Shown one piece after another: positions 36,160-47,258 of a stretch of DNA of 64,000 bases (positions within the stretch are counted from its first letter, which is position 1; each line of letters opens with the position of its first letter). This DNA comes from Sarea resinae (lineage: Eukaryota). The stretch lies in contig JAPEUD010000034.1 of the NCBI GenBank assembly GCA_026026165.1, positions 124,001 to 188,000 on the forward strand, written 5' to 3'. Below the pieces are notes generated by a model that made no database searches, had not been told where the DNA came from, and was given only the letters and a program-made list of their open reading frames with translations. Position numbers and translations under genes: made by a program.

Positions 36160-38196
36160 ATGAAAGAGCGTCATGGTTCAAGGCAGCCAACGGCCCTGCC
36201 TAATGACACCCAGAAGACGCTCAAATCTCACGCTGAACCCAGTTCGAGTGGACTTCTTTCACCTCCAAGGCACCAACCAGATGACCATGACACCAGCGAT
36301 CCCGAGACCGAGGACGACGATGTATTCGATGCTTACAATCTGGAAGGGATGAGCAAGGAAGAATTTGCCGCCATGGTCGCAGCCGCTCCGCCAGAAGAGA
36401 GACTGCAGGTCAAGGCCCTCTCACCAGACCTCACCTCTGATGCTACGTCTGAGTCTGCAGACGAAGAAGACCCAGAGTCACCAATCTACCTGTCTTCTTC
36501 CTCAGAGGATGAAGAGGATGCCGAAGATGAGACGCTTCCCTCCGTCGATGCCTCTATGAGCTTGCCACCGGCTTCGGAGCCCCAAAGATCCGCCAATGGC
36601 CTCGTCGACTACTACATCGAGAAGCATCCCTTCATGGGTGATGCTCTAAATACGCATACGGTCTCAGATCGAAGGGCATTCACGAGAGACATCTACGATT
36701 ACGCTCGGGCTCGAAATATGACTAGTAGTCAGGCGTCGGAAAAGGTCGAGGAGGCTCGGGAACAGTTCGTCGAGAGGAGGGTCATGGCTCTAGTGCAGGC
36801 TGGCCGAGCCCCTGATCAAACGCTCGGAGATGACGGAACCAATTGGATTCGAGAAGAGACGCCGTTGGGGAGCGAAATAGATGATTCGGATATGGTATTA
36901 GCGCTGGCAGAAGGAACAGAGGAAAGGCCTCTTGCTAGGGCCATCCGTGGCATAGCAGAGCAGAAAGGGCGGGAGCTCGCGCAGCATAGCGACTCTGGAC
37001 ACGTCGAAGAGAAGCGTTCAAAGCGAGACACTCATGATACCACCCCGACAACGAACAGTCATCCGAGCAACTTAGGCGGTGGATTAGGAGGAGCAAGCAA
37101 TCCAAATACGGATACACACAAGTCAAAAAGGAAGCGAAAGCGGAAGTCTCTCGCTGATGGGCATGCTGCGTCCAATACAACCCAATCTCAACTGGAAATG
37201 CCAGAGGGAGCAAATCTGCATATAAGGAAGAGACAACGTAAGCTCGAGAAGAAACTTTCTGGATCACACTATTCCACCGCAGACAGCACTCAGAAAACGT
37301 CTTCGACATCCGAGTCTCCGTCACCCAAGACCCCGGCACCAATATCACATAGTTTACTGACAACGGAACCAAATAAGCGCACCTCTACCACCAAATCCCA
37401 AAGCACAAAACCCACCATCGCAAAGGTCACGCCAGCTTCTCAAAGTAAGAAAAAGAAGAAGCGAAAAAACAGATCGACCGCTTTGAATATTGAGAAAGCT
37501 CCAATAGCGTCACCGCTCTCAGAGTCCAAGAACGGTGGAGCTGAAGTATCCTCCCAGCCAACTTCTCGCTTCTCTTCTGCGCTTAATGGAACGGCCGTGA
37601 GCGAATCATTAGGTGAAGATCGCCGGAAAGCAAAAATGGAGAGACGCAAGAAGAAATCGGAGCTTGTGGACAAAGAGATGCCGGTTGATCTGTCATCGGA
37701 TATATTAACTAGGTCTGCGAGGAAAAGGGAGAGAAGAAAAGTGAGAAAGAGCGAAGGGGAAATGAAGACCAGTGGATCGATCGAGGGCAGCCCACATGAC
37801 AAGAGCCCAGGAGCGAAGGAAATCAAAACGCTCACGCCTGTCGAAAACGAGCACCATGAGAATTCAAAAAGTCATACAGAGCGATCGCTAAAGGATGAGC
37901 AAATGCTGGTGGACGGGTCCGAGCATAATCACTCTCTAGGAAATGACATTGATATGCCAGATGCCCCTCACACATCTCGTCCAAGCGAAGCCCACTCGGG
38001 GACGCTGATGAAGAGTCCTAGCGAGAAGGGTTTAACTCCGCCGAACATAAGGCCAAGGAAATTCGCAGAATTTGTCTCGAGTCCTGGTATTGGAGGCAAT
38101 CCTGATGAGACTGTCTCGGACATGGAACAGGCTGCTCAACCGACAACACCGCAGGAGCAGCAGGATTTTCACATTCCGAGGATTCACCAGGTCTAG
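36160..38196 (+). CDS. Lys/Ser-rich nuclear-like hypothetical protein (678 aa); probably the N-terminal part of the glycosylase locus
   Basis: ATG ORF with a small helical block (HPFM..DRRAFTRDIYDYARARNM) and many basic NLS-like runs; its last 88 nt overlap the open -1 frame of the next ORF. Confidence 0.75.
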   Translation: MKERHGSRQPTALPNDTQKTLKSHAEPSSSGLLSPPRHQPDDHDTSDPETEDDDVFDAYNLEGMSKEEFAAMVAAAPPEERLQVKALSPDLTSDATSESADEEDPESPIYLSSSSEDEEDAEDETLPSVDASMSLPPASEPQRSANGLVDYYIEKHPFMGDALNTHTVSDRRAFTRDIYDYARARNMTSSQASEKVEEAREQFVERRVMALVQAGRAPDQTLGDDGTNWIREETPLGSEIDDSDMVLALAEGTEERPLARAIRGIAEQKGRELAQHSDSGHVEEKRSKRDTHDTTPTTNSHPSNLGGGLGGASNPNTDTHKSKRKRKRKSLADGHAASNTTQSQLEMPEGANLHIRKRQRKLEKKLSGSHYSTADSTQKTSSTSESPSPKTPAPISHSLLTTEPNKRTSTTKSQSTKPTIAKVTPASQSKKKKKRKNRSTALNIEKAPIASPLSESKNGGAEVSSQPTSRFSSALNGTAVSESLGEDRRKAKMERRKKKSELVDKEMPVDLSSDILTRSARKRERRKVRKSEGEMKTSGSIEGSPHDKSPGAKEIKTLTPVENEHHENSKSHTERSLKDEQMLVDGSEHNHSLGNDIDMPDAPHTSRPSEAHSGTLMKSPSEKGLTPPNIRPRKFAEFVSSPGIGGNPDETVSDMEQAAQPTTPQEQQDFHIPRIHQV

Positions 38197-39863
38197 CCGG
38201 TGAGGAGGTAGTGAACGAAAGTATTCCTGATACTATAGCCCCGGAAGACATTGCAAAAGACCCCACAGCAGAGAGGGGTCTAGGTTATCGAAACAGAAAT
38301 TATTTACCAGCGTTGGAGATGAAAATTTCAGACTCGGCATGTTCTTCCAAAGACGAGATGCCACCACTAGAAGTTTACCCCGAGATCGTCAAAGAAGAGC
38401 TCTATACACATGATTCGTCGGCCGATAAGCAGCTTCCTCAATCCCAGGTCCTCATCGACAACTCTTCGCGCAAGACAGAATTGTCGGAAGCATTATACGG
38501 TTCCGATTCCGATAGCCCACTGTCAGATTTACCGCCATCGTCACCTACGTGGGAGGAAGATAGATCTGGTAGCGACATCATCGAGCTAACCTCTCGCAAA
38601 GAATTCCCAAGTGCTATCGAGACATGCACACGACCTCGCACGCGGTCGCAAACCGGCCAGGATAATATCACACTACCCCGAGAAATAAGACCCAAGACTG
38701 CCAAGAAGTCTCCTTACTTTGACACCCCATCCCCAGCGAAGAAAAAGCCATCCCTTGAAAAGAGAAGGCGGCCCCCACGCGGCACTGTCTCGTGCATCCC
38801 ATTCCCACCACTCTCCTCCCCTAGCTTCGGCCTCATCCAGGAGAAACTTGCTCATGACCCATTCAAGCTTCTCGTAGCCGTCACCTTTCTCAACCGCACA
38901 AAAGGCGCACAAGCTATCCCGGTTTTCTACCAACTTATGGGCGCCTACCCGACGCCCGCCGCTCTTGCCGGTGCCGACGAAAAAGACGTCGCGAGCCTGA
39001 TTCGTTCCCTCGGACTTCAAAACACGCGGGCGAGACGCTATATCCAACTCGCCAAAGCCTGGGTCGCCGAACCTGCTGCATCTGATCGTCGATATCGCAA
39101 GCTCCATTACCCTACCGCGGGCATGGGCAGAGATATCAAGCCCACGGAGATCCTCACAGATGACGACTCTCGCGACGGAGCGTGGGAAATCGCACACCTT
39201 CCTACTGCCGGTCCTTATGCGCTCGACAGCTGGCGTATATTCTGCAGGGACAAATTGCGTGGGGTGGCGGATGGTTGGAATGGCGAGGGGGTGACGGACC
39301 CGGCATTCGAGCCCGAGTGGAGACGAGTGGCGCCAAAGGATAAGGAGCTGCGGGCTTTCTTGAGATGGATGTGGCTGAGGCTTGGATGGGAGTGGGATCC
39401 GAAGACTGGTGAGAGGAAGATTGCCGGGGACGAGTTGATGACTCAGGCGCGAGTTGGGGGGATCGTTTGGGAGGAGGTCGAGGGTGCAGACGGGGAAGAG
39501 GTCAAAGAGACGGTCAATGGCGAGAGAAACGGCTCGGAAGTGGGGTCCGATGTTGAGGTCAAAGGGGAGGCTGAAGATGGAGGGCCTGCCGATGAGTCTC
39601 ATAGCACGGTCAAGGAAGAGGGTGGCCTGAGCGAAGAGATGGTCGACGTCGATAACGAAGACGAAAGCGAGGACGGAGGGGGAGACGCCGACGAAAATTC
39701 CGAGGAAGGCATGCAGTACGAGACTGCCCCCACCGCCGGCGCGACCACGACCGCGACCAACAGCTTAGCGGCGCCTTCTCCCTCCCCTCCATCCCCTCGC
39801 CCAGATCAAGACGCCGACGGGAAAGAAGCTCTTGTGAATTTCTCTGCGGCGTTGGCGCTCTAA
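38109..39863 (+). CDS. MBD4-like HhH-GPD DNA glycosylase (G:T/G:U mismatch family); coordinates give the open frame, true start unresolved
   Basis: FGLIQEKLAHDPFKLLVAVTFLNRTKG, LGLQNTRA and HhH LPTAGPYALDSWRIF with the catalytic Asp, then PKDKELRAFLRW. Frame is open from 38109; first ATG at 38319. Confidence 0.88.
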   Translation, partial: DCLGHGTGCSTDNTAGAAGFSHSEDSPGLAGEEVVNESIPDTIAPEDIAKDPTAERGLGYRNRNYLPALEMKISDSACSSKDEMPPLEVYPEIVKEELYTHDSSADKQLPQSQVLIDNSSRKTELSEALYGSDSDSPLSDLPPSSPTWEEDRSGSDIIELTSRKEFPSAIETCTRPRTRSQTGQDNITLPREIRPKTAKKSPYFDTPSPAKKKPSLEKRRRPPRGTVSCIPFPPLSSPSFGLIQEKLAHDPFKLLVAVTFLNRTKGAQAIPVFYQLMGAYPTPAALAGADEKDVASLIRSLGLQNTRARRYIQLAKAWVAEPAASDRRYRKLHYPTAGMGRDIKPTEILTDDDSRDGAWEIAHLPTAGPYALDSWRIFCRDKLRGVADGWNGEGVTDPAFEPEWRRVAPKDKELRAFLRWMWLRLGWEWDPKTGERKIAGDELMTQARVGGIVWEEVEGADGEEVKETVNGERNGSEVGSDVEVKGEAEDGGPADESHSTVKEEGGLSEEMVDVDNEDESEDGGGDADENSEEGMQYETAPTAGATTTATNSLAAPSPSPPSPRPDQDADGKEALVNFSAALAL

Positions 39864-40271
39864 GCGAGATGGATAGACGTCGACGTTCCTCTAGTCCAAT
39901 CCTATAGTAATAAATAAACTTCCTTCCATCCCTTCAATCTATCTAAGTCTCATCCCCGGAGACTGGGAGGGGGTGGGGAGGCTTAGATTGCTAACGTATA
40001 GTGTCATATGGTATGATGTGATGAAATATGATATGAAATTTTAGCCTTTGGCAGGTTGTGCTGAGCTACGCTATGCTATGCCGTGTTATGCTATGCCGTT
40101 GTGCTCTGCAGTGGTAAGATGGTATATGAGCTCAAGAAAGAACTGCCGAGTTGCCGAATTCGCAAGGAGAAAACAGAACAAGACGTGGGAGTGAATGCGA
40201 ATGCGATTCCGATTTTGGTTTGGCATGGCGTGACGAAAACAGATAACACGATAGGTATGGAGGGGTAGATA

Positions 40272-40322
40272 ATATGGAGGAGCGGACAACATGGAGGAGC
40301 AGACAATATGGAGGAGCAAATG
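40272..40322. repeat. Three ~17-bp direct repeats ATGGAGGAGC(G/A)GACAA in the convergent 3' intergenic region
   Basis: atatggaggagcggacaac atggaggagcagacaat atggaggagcaaat. Confidence 0.7.
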
Positions 40323-40558
40323 AATGAGAACGGCGCTTCGCTATGCATACAAACATGCATGCATGCATGCAATTTTTGGTTCATCACAAGCAGAAAGATA
40401 GATAGATGATGAACCCAAAGAAAGGGAAGAGAAGAGAAGAGGAAGACAACGTGACCGCCCGCCCCGTTTTCGTTCATCCCGTCGTGTCATTTCGTATGCG
40501 CGTCACATCACACATCACACAAGAACCGCTAAATCCGTCGACATCAAAGCATCCAGAT

Positions 40559-43321
40559 TCAGCCTCTCCTGCTCGCCCGTTCTTTAGCGCCCCTGCCCGC
40601 CCTTACTCGCTCCTCGTCCCGTTCGTCCTCGTCCTCGTCCTCTTCGTCCTCCTCCTCGACGGGCGCAGGAGTCCACCGCTCGTTCTTGCGGCGCGGCCGG
40701 CGGCCCCGATTCGCGAAGCCGAGATTACTGGCCGAGTCGTCGGGCGCGAGTTCGCTCAGCCCGTCGTCGAATCCGTCATCGTCGTCGTCGGCGCCGCCCG
40801 CTTGCTCGCCCCAGCTGCTGTTGGCGCCGCCGATGCAGCTCGCCGGCGTGTTCATCCGGACCTCGAGACACGCGTTTCCCGTGCCGCGCCGCGACTGCGC
40901 GAGAGCGAGGCCCGCGCCGCGCTGCCGCAGCGCCTGCCGCACGGCCTCGGCCTTGTGGTGTAGCGCCTCGAAGGCGTCCTCGAGCGACTCCATGCCCGTG
41001 TAGATCTCGCGTTCGATCTCGGCCAGCACGGCAATCTCCGTCTCTTCGTCGATGGGGATCGGCCCGCCGCTGCCGAGAGAGGGGGTTGCCAGTGCGCCGG
41101 GGGCGGCGGCGGCGGCTGGAGTGGGGCCGCGCGAGGAGAGGATGCCGGTGTTCGAAGAGGGGCGGAAGGGTGTGTTGCGGAGGGAGGGATTAGGGTTCGG
41201 AGAGAAGGGCGTGTTCGTTTTATGGCCGGGGCCTCGAGACGGACCGCGAGAAGAAGGTTCCTCGGCGCCGCTCCAGAGGAAGCCGTCGAAGCGGCCGGAG
41301 ATGAGAACGTCCCACTCGCCGGAGCTGACGGCCGCCAGGGTAGCCAATGCACCGTGTAAGTGGGGGTTGTTGAGGAGGAAGATGGCCGATTCTGGGTCGC
41401 GTGGAGCGGAGCTTAGGTGGTAGAGACGTTGCAGAGCGACTCCGGTCCGGATCAGCCAGTCTGGCCGTGGTCTGCCGAGAGGAGTGGGAGCTCTGGATCC
41501 GACCGAGCCCAATGCTCCTCGACCAAGTAAACCGGTAAAAGCTTGCTTCTGTGCTGGCTCGAGACGGGTCAAGATGGCGAACGTCAGAGTATCGTCGTCG
41601 ACCTCTGGCGGCGGACTTGATGGGTTTTCCGGCTGGCTCGCCAGCCATTTGTCCACGGAAGTCTTGGTCTTCTTGCTTTGCGCAATGTAGTGATGGCGAT
41701 ATTCTTCCGGCACGTCGATGTCGATATTCTGACAGGGCGTCGCACTTCGAGCGTTGATGCCCAGGCCAATCTCTTGCGGGTTCATCAGCGAAAAAGGTGG
41801 CCAGTCTGGCAGATCCCGGCGTCCAGAGGTTAATTCGAGCACCTCACCCCAGCTAACGCCAGTTTCATCTGGTGATTTGGTGGCGGGGTCTTCTGCCTCG
41901 CAAATTGGACAGTGACAGGTCTCAGACGATATATTTCTAGCAAAGACGGCCTCCAGCCGATCGAGAAGACGACGAGCCACCGACTTGTAGCCCGTCGCAA
42001 CCGCAAGGGAGCCCTTCTTCGATAAGACAGTAGTGTAGTCTTCCAGTAGATTGCTGAACGGGGCAAACACCGTTTCCATGTTGGCGGCGCTGGACATGGG
42101 CGCGGTGATCCCGGTCGTCCCAAACTGTGAATAGATTTGCTTACCCGCCATGAAACTCCGCGGCACGGTCTTCGAAAGTCCTCCGTTCTGCAAGAGATAG
42201 TCGACCCGCGGGACTGCCATCGGCATGGTGGGAGGTGGTGGCGGCGGCGGTGGCGGAGGATGGGAAGAAACCAACGAGTCGGGAGTCTCCCCACCTTCGA
42301 TGAACACATCCAGCACTGGCGTGCCCTTCCCGACGGGATCAATCGGCGGGAACTGGGCTTCTTGAGGCGTAGGGGTGCGAGGGGAAGAGTCCTGGTAAGA
42401 CGCCGGCGATGACTCTTCATCAGACCGAGCCGTCCGAGCGATCGGCGCGCGCGACGTTGCCTGGGAGTCTCGTGAAGAGCCTCTTGCCGTTTTCGAGTTC
42501 GCATCGGAAGAAGCGGGCGATTCGTCCCGAATCTTTGCGGCCAAGGTCGACGGCTTCTTCTCTACCGGTCTTTGATTCTCCTTTTGGGTTGGGATCCCCA
42601 GCTTGATGCGCGACGAGCGAGAGGAGAGCTTCGAGCCGACATCGTCCTTGGAGGGCTTCCTCAGACTCGACTTGGAAGAGGCGTCTCGTGGCCGCCTTGA
42701 GGTCCCGCTATCAACGCTTCTCCTCCCGTTCTCCATCTCGGCTCTGACATCTTCTGCGACCCTTCTCATACTACTCCTGCTGCCGACTTTCCTCACATCT
42801 GGGTCCACCGCGGTCAGCGGCGGACTCGGCGGGGCTTCCCCTCTCACCGCTCCGGGGTTGCCTTTCACCTTGTCTCCCACCTTGGACCCTCTCTTCCAAT
42901 CGACGTCGGTCGCATCGGGGGTGTAGACCTGCGGATTCGCGACGCTCTCTCGACTGCCCACCGCTTCTCTGCTATGTGCTTTGGAGAAGGTGGGATACGG
43001 CAGGCTGGTTTTGGAGTCGAGCGGTGAAGAGGCCGAAGCACGTCGCTGCAGTTCTGGAATCGGCATCGTCGCTCTCCTCCGGGAAGAGCTCGATTGCGAG
43101 GTGGTCGACCTCTCCGGCATGGCGGGACGATCTCTCTCTCGATCTTTCTCCCTGACCCGTTCTCGCTCTCGGTCACGATCGCCGTCGTCTCTCGAGGAGG
43201 ATTTGTGAGTGCGTGACGATTTGTGTCGACTCTTCTCTCGAAGCCCTGCCTTCTCTCGGTCCCGATCTCGTTCTCGATCTCGGTCGCGGTCGCGATCCTT
43301 TTCGCGGTGTTTGGAAGGCAT
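40559..43321 (-). CDS. Conserved-looking fungal hypothetical protein (920 aa) with RD/RE-rich N-terminus and CxCxxC motif
   Basis: Long single ATG ORF; PRVDYLLQNGGL, GSLAVATGYKSVARRLLDRLEAVFAR..CHCPIC, SGRFDGFLWSGAE and a C-terminal coiled coil. Confidence 0.85.
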   Translation of the reverse strand: MPSKHREKDRDRDRDRERDRDREKAGLREKSRHKSSRTHKSSSRDDGDRDRERERVREKDRERDRPAMPERSTTSQSSSSRRRATMPIPELQRRASASSPLDSKTSLPYPTFSKAHSREAVGSRESVANPQVYTPDATDVDWKRGSKVGDKVKGNPGAVRGEAPPSPPLTAVDPDVRKVGSRSSMRRVAEDVRAEMENGRRSVDSGTSRRPRDASSKSSLRKPSKDDVGSKLSSRSSRIKLGIPTQKENQRPVEKKPSTLAAKIRDESPASSDANSKTARGSSRDSQATSRAPIARTARSDEESSPASYQDSSPRTPTPQEAQFPPIDPVGKGTPVLDVFIEGGETPDSLVSSHPPPPPPPPPPTMPMAVPRVDYLLQNGGLSKTVPRSFMAGKQIYSQFGTTGITAPMSSAANMETVFAPFSNLLEDYTTVLSKKGSLAVATGYKSVARRLLDRLEAVFARNISSETCHCPICEAEDPATKSPDETGVSWGEVLELTSGRRDLPDWPPFSLMNPQEIGLGINARSATPCQNIDIDVPEEYRHHYIAQSKKTKTSVDKWLASQPENPSSPPPEVDDDTLTFAILTRLEPAQKQAFTGLLGRGALGSVGSRAPTPLGRPRPDWLIRTGVALQRLYHLSSAPRDPESAIFLLNNPHLHGALATLAAVSSGEWDVLISGRFDGFLWSGAEEPSSRGPSRGPGHKTNTPFSPNPNPSLRNTPFRPSSNTGILSSRGPTPAAAAAPGALATPSLGSGGPIPIDEETEIAVLAEIEREIYTGMESLEDAFEALHHKAEAVRQALRQRGAGLALAQSRRGTGNACLEVRMNTPASCIGGANSSWGEQAGGADDDDDGFDDGLSELAPDDSASNLGFANRGRRPRRKNERWTPAPVEEEDEEDEDEDERDEERVRAGRGAKERASRRG

Positions 43322-45779
43322 GGAAATTGGTGAGTGTCAGAAGCAGGTGCGGGTGCCTGGGATAGTGACGGGGCGGGACGGTGCTGGCGCTTAGCGGCGG
43401 CGACGATGCGGCGAGGATAATTGGACAACGGGAGAGCGCGCTTAGAACCGCCTCCGATGCTATAATAAGCCGGCGAGGCTTGGGCCGCCGACGAATTGAC
43501 GAATGACGAGGCGAATCGCTCTGATGGCTCCGCGATGGCGAGGTGATGGCTGTGCTGGAGCGACACGCCCGGTCAAGAGGCGCCGCGGTACCCGTCGACC
43601 ATGACGACGGCCATGATTCACGACGACGAGCAGAGGGGATGGCGGACGGAATGAAGGTCGACCGATGGAAGGATCGTGGAAAGTCACTCGCACGAGGGCA
43701 CCACCTCATCTCTCGCCTCCTGGCATGATCCGCCGCGACCATGTCGTATGGCACACCGACGTTTCACGATGGGTCCGCTACGGCGGCGCCGAGGCGTCCG
43801 GCCCGCCCTTGCCAGCTCACAGTGCAGTCGGTCGGTACCTCGACCCGGAACGAAGGACGAATGGGCACCGTCCGCCCGCGAGGGGCCTCCCGCACCTTCA
43901 TCCTCGACGCAGAGCAGCGTCGCGAGCGGGCATCACACGAGGAGGACAGCGTCAGAGGGGATTCCGCTCCGCGCGGAAGAAGGGTCCAGGGGATCGCGCG
44001 TCTCTTGAGACCGCGTCGATGGCGGTGGAGGGGGCGCGCTGCCGTCACCCGTATCGCTCAGAGCGGAGCGGTAAGCGAGGGCGTTGCGTCCGGGTCTGGG
44101 CGGGCCTGTGGAGCGGCACCGCGACCGCAGCATCCAGATCCGATCATCAGATATCGACGATCTCGCGCCGCCGGTGGCCCCACGGGGAAGACCAGAGGGG
44201 CGGAGAGGCCCCCCATCGTGCGTTGGTAAATATAATATCACCAGCGCTCCTGCTCGACCGGAGCACGGGTGCATACGTCAGAGGGTTTGGACCGTCCCTT
44301 GGTGCCTCTCTTCTGCTCCACGGTCGCAGGCTCGCCCACAGTCCGCACCGCGTGCACAGCATGGCCAGCAGCCGAAGATGCTTCGGTGCAGAGCACCGTC
44401 GAGCCTACGTCATCCCTGCGCGATGGGCGATGGATGGATGGGCATACGTGGAGATGCCCTTTCCACATCTCCCCAAATCCCCTCCCCAATGCCCCCAGAG
44501 CAGGCTGGCGGGAACCTCGGGAGCGTGCGGACAGACAGAGAGACAGACTGCCCGGGAGGGAGGGGGGTCCGGATGGAGTAGGGGGGACCTCCATGGGCGA
44601 GGTACTACTTACTCAGGGGAGACGTCACCTTCCATCAGATCCAGGTCGCGCTCGTTCTGGAGTGCCCACCACCACCGCAGAGCGTTCGGCTCGCCCAGCA
44701 GTTTTTATGCGTGCATACCCGCTCATACATCAGACGGTTCGTGGGATCGCCGGCGCCATACGCTGTGATCCTCTGATCCCCGACCCGGATGGGGCATGGC
44801 CCATATGCACCTTCGCCTATCCGTACTCGGTCCCCGCGTTTTCCATGGTCTCGTACTCTGATCCCCGTGCAGCTCCATCGCGAAAGCTTCACCTCCTTCG
44901 CCGGCGAGCAGGCACGCAGAGAGACCACCGGTCGTCGCACGTGTCGAGGGCGGACGAGGATGGGCGACGGGGCATGACGAGGCATGACGAGGCATGAGCG
45001 TCGCTGCTCCTCGAGAGCCTACCAGGGCCTCCGGGAAAGATCTTCGGATCGTGCTCCGCTCTTTTAGATTGAATTGGCTCCCGAGTATATTAACGCCTAT
45101 CATCGCGCACGCTTGGCGGAGACATAGTCTACGGACCATGGCCGGGCTCACATTGCGACCTCCCTGCCGGACGAGTCAATTCTCACGTCAGACGTCTGGA
45201 CGAGAACAAGGAATGAGCCCTGCCGGTCGATGCGCACTAGAAGCTGTCTAGACCGGATCGACGATGCTGATGAGAGCGATGGGTACGGGAGATCCCTCTC
45301 ATTCTGGGACCAGAGTATGCGGGGCTGATGGAAGCGGCGGCTGCTTCTGGCTGGCACTTGCAGAACGACGACCAGAGCGGTAAGGTGTCGACCAGATGCG
45401 ACGAGCCTGTCCACGAATAATTTCTCCGACGATGGTCAGACAGAGAGAGTGCCCGTGCTAACGACCAGACTAAATTGCCCGAGGGCCTTAGACGAAAGTG
45501 CGAGTAGCGGGCAGCCTGCGAGGGATGGCTTCGTTGGTGGGCTAGCGATCCCGGCCGTGGTTTCGAGTTTCGAGCAGGACGCGCAGCATATAAGTTCCAG
45601 GGAGGACGCCGAGCTGCTTCACATTCGTCTCCTTCATCATTATTCATAACGACACGAGCATAGAGCGTCTTCAATTTCATTCTACGTGTACTTGAGCTTT
45701 TCGCCTTCCGTCCACGCGACATCCTTATCTTATATATCTACCATTCTCCTAGAATATAAATTCTCAGCGTTATAGAAAC

Positions 45780-47258
45780 ATGGGCTCCACCGCACCTCTT
45801 CTCACGGATCTAGCATCCCAAGTCTCGCAGAACGCCGAGATCATCCAGAAATTCCTCGAAAAGAATAACATCGCCGACCTCAGCTTTGATGTCGATTCAT
45901 CTTCAAGCTTCCCAGTCGATCCGGAGAATCGAGACATCTACGCGGCTAGGTTTGCCCTCATCGACTCCGCCAAACAGATCCAGGATCTCGTCACCGGACC
46001 TGACGACACGATAAAATGGCAGACCATGAACGTGGGGATCTCGGTTGAAAGGCAGATCTGAACACTACTGACGATTCCAGTATAAACACATCACCGCCGC
46101 GTACCACGTCATCTATCACTTCAAGATCGCCCAGGCCGTGCCAGACAAAGGTAGCATCACCTTCCCCGAGCTTGCCAAAGCCACGGGCGTGCACGAGACG
46201 ATCATTGCTCGCGTCATCCGCGCGCTCATCCCGGGCAAGATCTTCGCCGAGCCCAAGTCGGGCCAGATTGCTCACACTCCCATGTCGAAGCTCCTCGCCC
46301 GCGACAAGTACATCCAGGCGTGGGTCGGCCACAACACCGAAGACATCTACGTGTCCGAGGCCCGATTCGTCGATGCAATCGAGAAGTTCGGCTTCACGGG
46401 CGAGCCGAGCCAGACGGGCTTCAACCTGGCCTTCAACACCAACGACACGTACTGGGAGTATGCCGCGAAGCATCCCCAGCTGCAAGCGAGATTCAGCGAT
46501 TCCATGATCGCGGCGGCCGGGAAGGGGGTCGGAGACGCGAAACATCTCGCGACGCTCTACCCGTGGGAGAAGCTGCAGAAGGGCAGCACGATAGTGGATG
46601 TGAGTTTTCTGTCTCTGGTCGATGTGGATGCATGTTGATCCCGCGGTCTAGATTGGCGGCTCCGTCGGCCACGTCAGCATCGCCATCGCCGAGCGCTTCC
46701 CCCATCTCAACTTCGTCATCCAAGATCTTCCGGACGTCGAGGCCAACGCGCACGAAAATATCCCCGAGGAGATGAAATCGCGAATGTCGTTCCAGCCGCA
46801 CAACTTCTTCGACCCGCAGCCCGTCAAGGCGGCCGAGGTGTACATCCTCCGACAGATCCTCCACGACTGGTCGGACCAGTACTCGATCAAGATCCTGAAA
46901 CAGATCCTGGCGGCCATGTCTTCCGACTCGCGACTGATCATCATGGACAGCGTTCTACCGGAACCAAACACCATCCCGGCGCCCCTGGAGCAATTCGTCA
47001 GGTCCGTCGCCTTCTTTTCCGTCTTATACTCTGCAAACGTAGTCTCCATACTGACCTCGCAACAGGAGTCTCGATCTCCAGATGCTCACGGTCCTCAACG
47101 CCTGCGAGCGCAGCGTGCAGGACTGGGAATCGCTCCTCGAGCGCGTCGACCCGGCCTTCAAGATCGAGGGCATCACAAGGCCGGATGCGAGCCAGCACGC
47201 CATCCTCGAGATCCGCAAGCACGACAAGGACGGCAGGCCCAACCAGATCATTGCCTGA
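45780..47258 (+). CDS. Class I SAM-dependent O-methyltransferase (Methyltransf_2, OmtA/B-like)
   Basis: Winged-helix dimerisation region, VDIGGSVGH, FVIQDLP, HNFFDPQP, LRQILHDWSD, NACERS. Introns 46032..46080, 46600..46651 and 47002..47065. Confidence 0.92.

Noticed and set aside
38191..38238. 48-nt intron GTCTAG...TAG as the join between ORF1 and the glycosylase
   Set aside because: Weak donor, and the splice product would be out of frame with the glycosylase.
43400..45700. Many overlapping ORFs up to 367 aa
   Set aside because: Arg/Gly/Ala-rich translations typical of GC-rich non-coding DNA between divergent genes.
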